64,000 nt of DNA. It comes from Mobula hypostoma. Lineage: Eukaryota. The position numbers were made by a program, and so were the translations under genes. This document shows positions 1 to 10,099 of this stretch, piece by piece. A model generated the notes under the pieces. It ran no database searches. It was not told where the DNA came from and was given only the letters and a program-made list of their open reading frames with translations. The stretch spans positions 20,026,001 to 20,090,000 of the forward strand of contig NC_086106.1 in the NCBI RefSeq assembly GCF_963921235.1, in the 5' to 3' direction. Position 1 is the first letter of the stretch; each line of letters starts with the position of its first letter.

Positions 1-2070
1 GATTACTTTGAAATTTGAGAAGAAACTAAATTCCAATGTGTCGGTATTTCAGTGGAATAAAGGAATTTACAATGGCATGAGAGGGGAACTGGCCAAGGTT
101 GACTGGAAAGGGACACGAGCAGGAAAGACAGCAGAGCAGCAATGGCTCGAGTTTCTGCGAAAAATAAGGAAAGTGCAAGACAGATATATTCCAAATAAGA
201 AGAAATTTTCGAATGGAAGAAGGACACTACCGTGTCTGACAAGTGAAGGCAGAGCCAAAATAAAAGCAAAAGAGAGGGCATACAAGGAAGCCAAAGCTAG
301 TGGGAAAATAGAGGATTGGGAAGGTTTTAAAAACTTGCAGAACGAAACTAAGATGGTCATTCGGAAGGAAAAGATGAATTATGAAAGGAAGCTGGTGACA
401 TATCAATGCAGATACTAAAAGCTTTTTTAAGTATATAAAGGGTAAAAGAGAGTTGAGGGTAGATAGAGGACCAATAGAAAATGATGCTGGAGATATTGTA
501 ATGAGAGACGCAGAGATGGCAGAGGGACTGAATGTGTATTTTGCATCAGTTTTCACAGTGGAAGACATCTGCAGTATACCAGACATTCAAGAGTGCCAGG
601 CAAGCTAAGTATGTGCAATGAAAATTATGACTGAGAAGGTGCTCAGAAAGCTTAATGGTCTGAGGGTGGATAAATCTTTGGGACTTGATGGAATGCACTC
701 TTGGGTTCTGAAGGAAGTAGCTGGAGAGATTGTGGAGGCATTAACAATGATCTTTCACAAATCGATAGATTCTGGCATTGTACCGGATGACTGGAAAATT
801 GCAAATGTTACTCTGCTTTTTAAGAAGGGTGGGAGGCAGCAGAAAGGAAACTATAGACCTGTTAGCCTGACATCAGTGGTTGGGAAGTTGTTGGAATCGA
901 TCGTTAGGGATGAGATTACAGAATACCTGGAGACACATGACAAGATAGGCCAAAGCCAGCATAATTTCCTGAAAGGAAAATCCGACCTGACTAACCTACT
1001 GCAACTTTTGGAGGAAATTACAAGCAGGGTAGACAAAGGAGATGCAGTAGACGTGGTGTACTTGGATTTTCAGAAGGCCTTTGACAAGGTTCCGCACATG
1101 AGGCTGCTTAGCAAGATAAGAGCCCATGAAATTACAGGGGAGTTACTAGCATAAGTGGCGCACTGGCTGATTGGCAGAAAACAGAGAGTGGGAATAAAGG
1201 GATCCTATTCTGGCTGGCTGCTGGTTACCAGTGGAGTTCCACAGGGGCTGGTGTTCAGGGGAATGGGCAAGAAGAGGCAAATGAAATACAATGTTGGAAA
1301 GCGTATGGTCATGCACTTTGGTGGAAGAAATAATTTAGATGGGGAGAGAATTCAAAATGCAGAGATGCAAGGGGACTTCGGAGTCCTCATGCAGGATACC
1401 CTAAAGGTTAACCTCCAGGTTGAGTCATTGGTGAAGAAGATGATTGCAATGTTGGCATTCATTTCTACAGGTATAGAATACAAGAGCATGGATGTGATTA
1501 TGAAGTTCTATAAGGCACTTGTGAGACCACACGGAGTATTGTGTGCAGTTTTGGGTTCCTTATTTTAGAAAAGATGTACTGATATTGGAGAAGTTTCAGA
1601 GAAGATTCACAAGAATGATTCCAGGAATGAAAGGGTTACCATATGAGGAATGGCAGCTCTTGGGAGTTCAGGAGAATGACGGGGGATCTCATAGAAACGT
1701 TCTGAACGTTAAAAGGCCTGAACAGATTAGACACGGCAAAGTTATTTCCTATGGTAGGGGAGTCTAGGACAAGAGAGCATGATTTCAGGATTGAAGGATG
1801 TCCATTTAGAACAGAGATGCGGAGAAATTACTTTAGTCAGAGGGTGGTAAATCTGTGGACTTTGTTGCCATGAGCGGCTGTGGAGACCAAGTCATTGGGC
1901 ACACTTAAGGCAGAAATAGAGATGTTCTTGATTAGCCAGGGCATCAAAGTGTATGGGGAGAAGGCAGGGGAATGGGGAATGACTGGAAGAATTGGATCAG
2001 CCCATAACTGAATGGCGGAGCAGACTCAATGGGCCAAATGGCCAACTTCTGCTCCTATATCTTATGATCT
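1..2070 (+). mobile_element. CR1-clade LINE, degenerate ORF2 (reverse transcriptase) plus 3' end
   Basis: Broken ORFs 8-418, 618-1154, 1155-1568 and 1543-1767 carry CR1 RT motifs (DWKIANVTLLFKKG, NYRPVSLTSVVGKLLE, VYLDFQKAFDKVPH, VTSGVPQG, YKALVRPH). A typical CR1 3' UTR ends near 2070. Multiple stops, frameshifts and an internal deletion. Confidence 0.92.
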
Positions 2071-4200
2071 GGTCAGAGAATGTTGAATCTTTGTGGGTGG
2101 AGTTAAGTAACAGCAAGGGTGAAAAAAACCATTATAGGAATCATATATAGGTCTCCAAATAATAGCCAAGATGTGGGGTTGAGACTCCATAGGGAGCTGG
2201 AAAAGGCATGTAATAAGGGTAATGATACAATTGTAAAGGGGGACCTATCGAATGTTGAATGGACCAGATAGGGTGGATGTTTCCGATGGTGGTGGTACCC
2301 AGAACTAGAGGGCACAGCCTCAAAACTGAGGGGCGACCCTTTAGAACAGAGGTAAAAAGGAATTTTTTTAGCCAGTGTAGTAACTCTGTGGAATGCTCTA
2401 CCACAGACTGTGGTGGAGGCCAAGTCCTCGCGTATCTTTAAGGCAGAAGTTGATCGTTTCCTGATCGGTCAGGGCATCAAAGGATATGATATGGCGAAAA
2501 GGCAGGTGTATGGGATTAAGTAGGATCCGGGATCGCCCATGATGGAATGGCAGAGCAGACTTGATGGACTGAATGGCCTAATTCTGCTCCTATGCCTTAT
2601 AGCTTGCAAGATTACAGCTGGAGGAAATAGGCCAAGGAATGGCAGATGGAATTTAACTTGGACTAGATGGATAGGACGGTGAAGAAGTTGTTTGGCACAC
2701 ACTCAGTTTGGCTGTACGAGATGTTGGCAGGACCACACTTGGAGTTATGAACAAGAGGGACATGCCTTCTTCTCAATACTACCATCAGGCGGGAGGTACA
2801 GGAGCCTGAAGTTGCACTTAACATTTTAGGAACAGCTTCTTCCCCTCTGCCATCAGCTTTCTCAACGGTCCATGAACACCAAAGTCCTCAATAATCCTCT
2901 TTTGAACTATTTATTTTATTTTTTATCTTTATAGTAGCTTCTAGTAATTTTTTAGACATGTCCTGCACTGTACTGATGCCACAAAAACTAATAACACAGC
3001 ATACAGTGTATCAGAGACAATACACATGATTCTAGTCTGTCACCAAGTTATGTGATTAAGCTGGAAAGGATGCAGAGAAAATTCACAAGGACATTACCAG
3101 GACTGGAAAGCTTGAATTATAAGGAGAGACTGGATGGGCTAAGACTTTTTTAAAAAAAAAACTTGCAGCGTAGGAGGCCGGGAGCATAGATAAGGCCACA
3201 ATCCTGTTTCTCGGGGTAGGGGATTCTAAAACCAGTTTTAAGATGAGAGGGGAAAGATTGAAAAGGGGCTTGAAGAACAACATTTTCACACTGAGAGTGG
3301 TGGATATGCGGAATGAGGAAGTGGCAGAATTTTGCACAATGTTTAAAAGATGTGAACAGAAGAGTGGACCAGCTCATAGTCACGTGGACGAATAGGGCAA
3401 AGGGCCAGTTTCTATGCTGTGTAACTATTACTCAAGAACCTGGATTGAGTTACAGACTGGATCTATTCATAACATTTATATTTACTATAACAAATTTACA
3501 GGCTGGAATCTCATCTGGGTTGGGGGCAGGGGGTGGTGGTGGAGGAGACAGTGCTGGTGGGGTTTATATATCTAATAAAAGAACCCTGGCAGTGTTACAG
3601 GCTGGGATAAGATTAAGGATTTTGTGGGTGAAAGATGGATGGAAAACAATGTGAAAAAAAGTGAGAACATCCACATTGGGGATAAATTAAATTGCTGGAT
3701 TGTTGTAAAATAATGAGAGACTGACCGGTGTTGTTCAGAGGGATCAGGGTGCCCTTGGCCATGAATCACATGAAAGTGAAGCAACATAGGGAAGTAATGA
3801 CATGCTATCCATTACTGCAAGAGGGTTGGAGTAGAAGAAGCACATTGCTGCAATTATAGAGAGCCTTGGCGAGAATACATCTGAAATAGTGAGTACAGGC
3901 CTGGAATCACTACCTGAGGAAGGACAGGCTTGTGAGAGAGAGCTCAGTCAATGTCCTGGGATGGTGGGCTTGACGTGTGAAGAGAGGTGAAGCAGACTGC
4001 CCCTCTGCTCTCCTGAGTTTGGATGAATGATGTGTGACGTCATTGAAAGTCACTGAATTCCTTCATGACTCCACTGGGAAGTAGGGATGGCATTTCCCCA
4101 AGGGGTGTCCGGAACTGGGGGTATAGTCAGGGATTGAGGAGGTGGAGAGAAAGCTCTTCACCAGAGGTTAGGAATCTTAGGAACTGTCTCCCCCCTGTGG
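2071..4200 (+). mobile_element. Cluster of decayed LINE fragments (CR1 endonuclease piece, CR1 3' ends, other LINE tail)
   Basis: WVELSNSKGEKTIIGIIYRSPN endonuclease-like piece at ~2075-2240; RTRGHSLK...RPFRTE CR1 3' motif at 2259-2441; further decayed RT C-terminal pieces. Boundaries approximate. Confidence 0.65.
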
Positions 4201-5001
4201 CTGGGTTGCCGAGTAGAATGTACTGAACAGGAACAAAACCTTTGGCAGATGGCGTTTTGCCAAATCAATTAAGTGCCTAACTAATCCTTTCTGCCCACAC
4301 AATGTCCATATACCTCTATTTCCAGCACATCCATATACATATCTAGGAGACTCTGAAATGCTTCTATCGTATCTGCGTCCACTGCCATTCCAGGCACCAA
4401 ATACTAACTGAGTTAAAAGAAAAACACTGCTCTATACACCTCCTTTGAACCTTTACCCTTTCACCTTCAATGCATGTCCTCTGGGATCAGACCTCTGGAC
4501 CCTGTGAATAAGGGTCTGCTCTATCTATGCCTCTTGTAATTTTGTAAGCTTCAAATCAGGTCTCCCCTCAGCTGTCACTGCTCTAGAGAAAACAGCCTAA
4601 ACTTGTCCAATCTTTCCTCATAGCACATGCCCTCTAATCCAGGCAACATCCTGTCAGACCCTCTCCAAAGCTTCTACATCCTTCCTATAACAGGGTGACC
4701 AGAATTCAATACAATACTCCAGTCTCTTAAACGCAATGCCTTGACAAATGAAGGCAAGAGTGCCATATGCCTTTACCACCCTATCACCCTGTGCAGACAC
4801 TTTCAAGGAGCGACGGACTTGGACCACGAGATTCCTCTGCACATCCACACTGTTAAGGACCTTGCCTCCTGCACTGCCTGTTTACATTTGATCTCTCAAA
4901 ATGCAGCTCCTCACACTGAGCTGGATTAAACAGTATCTGCCTTTTCTCCACCCGTATCTGCAACTGACCTACACTGCACTGTCTTTGGCAATGTACCACA
5001 C

Positions 5002-5071
5002 CAGGGGTTCGCAACCCTTTTTATGCCATAGACCCCTACCAATTTCTGAGGGGTCCGTGGGAAAACCTCTG
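5002..5071. mobile_element. Short hAT-like MITE remnant
   Basis: Begins CAGGGGTTCGCAACC and ends GGGAAAACCTCTG, an imperfect CAGGGGT-type TIR. A related partial copy in the opposite orientation ends GGTTGAGAACCCCTG at ~6255. Confidence 0.45.
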
Positions 5072-5160
5072 CTCTACACTATCCACATCACGAGCAATGT
5101 TTATATCGTCTGTGAACTTACTAACCCATTCATCTCAATTTGCATCACGTCACTGTCACT

Positions 5161-5424
5161 GAGCAATCAGCACGACACTAGTACCGTTCGGGACTTTCTG
5201 GAGTTTGGAGTTCGGTCCCAGCGCTGTCTGTAAGGAGTCTGTAGGTTCTCCCTGCAAACTGCACGGGTTACCTCCGGATGCTCCGGTGTCTTCCCAAAAT
5301 CCAAAGACGTAGCGGTTAGTAGGTTAATTGGTCATTGTAAATCGTCCTGTAATTAGGCAATGATGTTAATAGGCGGATTGTTGGACAGTGCAGCTTGTTG
5401 GGCCTCACTGTCTCGAAATAAAAA
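5161..5424 (+). mobile_element. V-SINE (HE1-like)
   Basis: V-domain-like core gggttacctccggatgctccggtgtcttcccaaaatccaaagacgt followed by aggttaattggtcattgtaa; same family as 39308-39540 and 49251-49532. Confidence 0.75.
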
Positions 5425-6413
5425 TATCACAGCAGAGATCCCAGTACAGATCACAAATCATGAACCTCCAGCCGGAACAAGTCCCATCGACCGGTACCCT
5501 ATGTCTTCCGTGGGTAAGCCAATTCACTTTAGATCCCATGCATCCTAATCTTCCGGATAAATTTCCCATGAGGACCATTGTTGAACACCTTACTGAACAT
5601 TATCAGCTCTGCCTTCATTAATCACCTTTGTCGCTCAAACAGCTCAATCAAGTTAGTAAGACACAACTTGCCCTACACAAAGCCATGCAGACCGAACCTA
5701 ACTGGGCCATGGTTTTCTAAATGCTCGTAAATCAGTTCCCTAAGAATCCTGTCCGTAATTTCCCTTACACTGAAGTGAGACTCACCAGCCCAGCTTCCAG
5801 GATTATCCCCATTTCCCTTTTTGAGTAATGGAACAACATTAGCTGCTAGCCAGTGTTCTGGGACCTCCCGTGGCTAGAGAGGACATGAAGGTATTGGTGA
5901 AGTCTCCAGCAATCTCTTCTCTTGCCTCCCTCTATAATCTGGGGTATATTCCATCAGGCCCTGGACTTATCCACCTAATGTTCTTTCAGAGACCCAACAC
6001 TGCCTGCCCTTCCCCCATCTCAAAAAGCTCCAGCATATTACCATACTCTATCTTGATCCCACAATCCTCCAAATACCAACACACCGTTAGGACCTTGTCC
6101 ACATCCTCCTCCTCCAAGCATGTCCTGCTCCTCCCCTCGCCCACCCCCCAAATGGTCCTCCTTACTCTTCAGTTATTCTCTTGCTCCCAATGCGGAACAT
6201 GGATCTGTCAGTTAATGGTAAGGGTCCATGGCATCAGAAAGGTTGAGAACCCCTGAATCTAGAGTATGTTTGGGATTGTGATCTGTGGGTGTTCAAGGAA
6301 TGAAAGGAGGGGGGGACAGTGTGGGATGTTGGTGCTGGAGTAGGTATTAAATGTGCAGTAGGTAGTCTGTCTGATCACCGACCGTCTCGCTCAGTCCAGG
6401 ATGTCACACTCAC

Positions 6414-6481
6414 CTGCAAAAGACCAGTCCGGGAGATCCGTCAGGGGTCCATATTCTGTCCCACTTCGGGATAAACCGTGC
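6414..6481 (-). CDS. MRPL52: Mitochondrial ribosomal protein L52 (mL52), internal coding exon
   Basis: 68-nt exon with a cag acceptor and gtgagt donor on the minus strand. Encodes (E)[22 protein letters not shown], matching the mL52 YGPLT(D/E)LPDWS(F/Y)AD motif, and joins in frame with 8531-8622. Downstream exons were not found in the window. Confidence 0.92.
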
Positions 6482-6678
6482 CTGGGGATGGGGGTGGGCG
6501 GAACAACAGGAAGAAGTAACATGAAGCAGTATTCCCCAGTGGACAGCTCTCTGACAATTCTGAAGCATCGCCAGATGCAGGACCGTAAACACAAAATACT
6601 CTGCAGATGCTGGGGTCAAAGCAACACTCACAACACGCTGGAGGAACTCAGCAGGTTGGGCAGCATCCGTGGAAATCA

Positions 6679-6718
6679 TCAGTCAACGTTTCAGGCCGGA
6701 ACCCTTCGTCAGGACTGA
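6679..6718 (-). ncRNA. Minimal type I hammerhead ribozyme motif, inverted copy (sense in the MRPL52 pre-mRNA)
   Basis: Reverse complement reads TCAGTC-CTGACGA-AGGGTTCCGGCCT-GAAA-CGTT-GACTGA. Confidence 0.72.
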
Positions 6719-7524
6719 AGAGGGAAGGGGCAGAGGCCCTATAAAGGTGGTGGGGGGAGGGTGGGAAGAAGGCTGGTAGGTTCCAGGTGAAAAACCATTA
6801 AGGAGAAAGATAAAGGGGTGGGGGAGGTGAAGCAGGGAGGTGATGGAAAGGTGAAGGAATAGAGGAAAGCACAATAGGTAGTAGAAGGAAGCGGTACCAT
6901 GAGGGCGGTAGTAGGCAGCTAGGGGAGGGGGCAGAGTGAAACTGGGATAGGGGAGGGGAGGGGGGAGGTTATTACTGGAAGTTGGAGAATTCAATGTCGG
7001 TGAAACCCAACGCAGATTGGGGGACCGCTTCATTGAGCACCTCCGCTCCGTCCACCACAATAGACAGGATCTTCCGGTTGCCACCCACTTCAACTCCGCT
7101 TCACATTTCCATTCGGATGTGTCCGTACATGGCCTCCTCTACTGCCATGATGAGGCTAAACTCAGGTTGGAGGAGCAACACCTCTTATACCGTCTAGGTA
7201 GTCTCCAGCCCCTTAGCATGAACATTGAATTCTCCAACTTCCGGTAATTCCCTCCCCCTCCCTTCCTCTATCCCAATTTCACTCTGCCCGCTCCCCCAAC
7301 TGCCTTCTACCTCCCTCATGGTTCTGCCTCCTTCTACTACCCATTGTGCTGTCCCCTATTCCTTTTTCACTTTTCCTGCCGATCACCTTCCTGCCTATCA
7401 CCTCCCTGCTTCCCCTCCCGACCCCTTTATCTTTCCCCTTACTGGTTTTTCACCTGGAACCTACCAGCCTTCTCCTTCCCACCCTCCCCCCACCTTCTTT
7501 ATAGGGCCTCTGTCCCCTCCCTCT

Positions 7525-7564
7525 TCAGTCCTGACGAAGGGTTGCGGCCCGAAACGTTGACTGA
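7525..7564 (+). ncRNA. Minimal type I hammerhead ribozyme motif in a Penelope pLTR
   Basis: TCAGTC-CTGACGA-AGGGTTGCGGCCC-GAAA-CGTT-GACTGA: 6-bp stem I, CUGAnGA box, stem II hairpin, GAAA box, palindromic ACGT stem III, GUU triplet. Confidence 0.75.
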
Positions 7565-7789
7565 TCGTTTCCACAGATGCTGCCTGACCTGCTGAGTTCC
7601 TCCAGCGTGTTGTGAGTGTTGCCAGATGCAGGACGGCAGGGTTGATGAGTCGTGCCCTGTTTAAAGGCCAGAGGGAGATGACAGACAGGGAGATAGAGAG
7701 GAATGGGGAGGGGGGAAGAGAGAGGGGGAAAAGAGAGAGATAGGGACAGAGACAGATTGTCAGCAGGCAAAGAGAGAGGGCGATGGAGA

Positions 7790-8412
7790 GACATAGAAAC
7801 ATAGAAAATAGGTGCAGGAGTAGGCCATTTGGCCTACACCGCCATTCAGTATGATCATCCAACACAGAACCCTGTACCTGCTTTCTCTCCATACCCCCGA
7901 TCCCTCTAGCCACAAGGGCCATATCTAACTCCCTCGTAAATATAGCCAATGAACTGGCCTCAACTGTTTCCTGTGGCAGAGAATTCCACAGATTCACCAC
8001 TCTCTGTGTGAAGAAATTTTTCCCCATCTTGGTTCTAAAAGGCTTCCCCTTTATCCTTAAACTGTGACCCCTTGTTCTGGATTTCCCCAACATCGGGAAC
8101 AATGCTTTAAATTTGCACATTTATCTCTTGTGTGGGGCCTTGTCAAAAGTCTTTTGAAAATCCAAACATACCACTTCCACTGGTTCTCCCCTATCCACTC
8201 TACTAGTTTCATCCTCTAAAAATTCTATGAGATTCGTCAGACATGATTTTCCTTCCACAAATCCATGCTGACTTTGTCCAATGATTTCACGGCTTTCCAA
8301 ATGTGCTGTTATCACATCTTTGATAACTGGTTCTAGCATTTTCCCCACCACCAATGTCAGGCTAACCGGTCCATAATTACCCGGTTTCTCTCTCCCTCCT
8401 TTTTTAAAAAGC
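7790..8412 (-). mobile_element. CR1 LINE, internally deleted, with 3' microsatellite tail
   Basis: FKKGGREKPGNYGPVSLT...LDFQKTFDKAPH and RTRGHSLRIKGKPFRT on the minus strand; tail catagaaacatagaaaatagg at ~7791. Confidence 0.85.
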
Positions 8413-8530
8413 GTGACAGAGAGAAAGAAAAAGAGAGGAGAGAGGGAGCGAGGGAGCGAGGAAGTGTGTGTGGCGCATGCACGGCAGGCAGAGGGAGTGG
8501 AAAACAATATAATCTTTAGTGGGTACTCAC

Positions 8531-8622
8531 TCCAGTCGCCACTGACTCCCTGCTCGACACACAGGGCCACAGGAGAAAGCTCTCGTCACCGGGTTCAGAG
8601 GAATACAGAGCGATCGCCACAT
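8531..8622 (-). CDS. MRPL52: MRPL52 first ATG-containing exon (exon spans 8531-8624)
   Basis: cttcag|gtATG...ctgga|gtgagt on the minus strand. Encodes MWRSLCIPLNPVTRAFSCGPVCRAGSQWRL(E): an Arg-rich presequence-like start followed by the AG-x-QWRL motif of mL52. Confidence 0.88.
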
Positions 8623-9240
8623 ACCTGAAGATCAGTGTAATGGGTTACTTCACTTGACCACCCAATGAATGAATCAGTTCTGACTGTTCATCAACACGCG
8701 CAACATCATCGCCCTGATCCCTCATCCCTGTGACTCTTCACCCAAGGAAAACGGGACCCTGGGCCCTGTGACCCTTCAAACCAGACGTGACCTCCGCAAC
8801 CTGCTCATTCTTCCCACCCCCGGTGACCCACAAATACGCTCTGCAACCCATCACTCTGGTTCTTTGACCCTCCACCCCAGGAACAAGGGTACCTAGTGAT
8901 GGAACGTGGGCTTCCCCATGACCCTCGGGTCCAAACTTTTGACCCCTCCACCCCTGGAGTGATTCAATGACACCTTCACCTCTGCAGGTGGCCAAAACAC
9001 GGCCCCTTATCCCCACGCGTGATGTGTCAGCAACAGGAAAGGGTGTCTTTTCACCACCACATGACCCTTGTACCATTCACGCATACAAACCTCATTGACA
9101 CTCCTCACTCAGTGGAGCAGGGACCGCATGTCGCTTCACCCCCACACATGACCCGAACCTGAGGCCTCCTGACCATTCACCCCCCCTCCCCATAGCCCGA
9201 ACATGAGGCGAGGTGACCCTTTACTCTCTAATCCCAGTAC

Positions 9241-9377
9241 CTGGGAGCGCTTCAGCCCGGTGGCGCCGCTCCTGACCACGATCAACACGGCCGCAACTCG
9301 CAACCCTCAGCTACCCGCCGCCGTTCCTTCAGCAACCGGCCACCGCGCAGGCGCAGTGCAAGAAGCAGGGCGCATGC

Positions 9378-9380
<3 letters not shown>
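9241..9380 (-). promoter_or_regulatory. MRPL52: MRPL52 CpG-rich promoter and probable first (5' UTR) exon with NRF1 motifs
   Basis: CpG-rich; NRF1-like GCGCAGGCGCA (9345-9355) and GCGCATGCG (9370-9378); candidate minus-strand donor cag|gtactg at 9241/9240. Confidence 0.65.
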
Positions 9381-9441
<61 letters not shown>

Positions 9442-9469
9442 CGCGCGCGTGCGTGCGTGCGTGCGCGCA
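9379..9469. repeat. (GT)30 microsatellite followed by an alternating (GC/GT) run
   Basis: Read directly: GT repeat at 9379-9438, then gcgcgcgcgtgcgtgcgtgcgtgcgcgca. Confidence 0.95.
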
Positions 9470-9974
9470 AGATAAAAATGAGGTTTAATGTCACCGGTTT
9501 ATGTCATGAAATTTGTTTAGCGGCAGCAAAACAATGCAATACATGATAATATAGAAAAATAAGTAAGTCAATTCCAGTAAGTATATGTATATATTAAATT
9601 ACAAATAGTGCAAAAACAAATAATATAAAAAAATAGTAAGGTAGGGCTAAGTTTAATGTCCAGAGGGAGAGATTCGGGGAATGGAGAGAGAGAGAGGATG
9701 GGAAACGTAAGAAGAGCAGAGGAATGGAGAGAGAGGGAGAGGGGGAATGGAGGGAAAGAGAGAGGAGGCTATTTATCATCCAGCCCGCTAACACCTGACT
9801 CAAAAAGTTACTTTCTTCCAGCAGTAAAGCTAATCAACACCTCAACTGCTTAATTATTGTCAGCCACCATATGTACAGCCTAGTGTCACTCTATAGATGC
9901 CTTCTATGTCTAAAAGTTATGTATTTATCTTCATTGCGTCTATTATTATTATTATACTTCATTGTCACCAAACC

Positions 9975-9975
9975 A

Positions 9976-10014
<39 letters not shown>
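9975..10014. repeat. (TTA)n microsatellite within a LINE-like 3' tail
   Basis: Read directly. Confidence 0.9.
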
Positions 10015-10015
<1 letters not shown>

Positions 10016-10099
10016 TCCTTTATCTTTTGTGGTTTGGATGCGGAATAAAATTATTTCGTTCATCTTTACATTTGCGTACAAGAAATGACATTCAACAAA

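Larger units (their letters stand above)
4225..6170 (-). mobile_element. Old CR1 LINE fragments interrupted by a V-SINE and a MITE-like insert
   Basis: Minus ORF 4654-4848 (KAYGTLAFI, LEYCIEFWSPCYRKDVEALERV); decayed RT sequence continues at 5430-6170. Confidence 0.7.
6586..7625 (+). mobile_element. Penelope-like element, 5'-truncated, with inverted pseudo-LTRs flanking a GIY-YIG endonuclease C-terminal fragment
   Basis: The centre encodes GETQRRLGDRFIEHLRSV...PVATHFNS...LRLEEQHLLYRLGSLQP..MNIEFSNFR. Positions ~6620-6997 are the reverse complement of ~7222-7622. Confidence 0.85.

Noticed and set aside
1-6413. Remaining MRPL52 exons (DGRPAP...KGQLRR)
   Set aside because: Not found by eye among the repeats and probably left of the window. 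A tBLASTn with mL52 would settle it.
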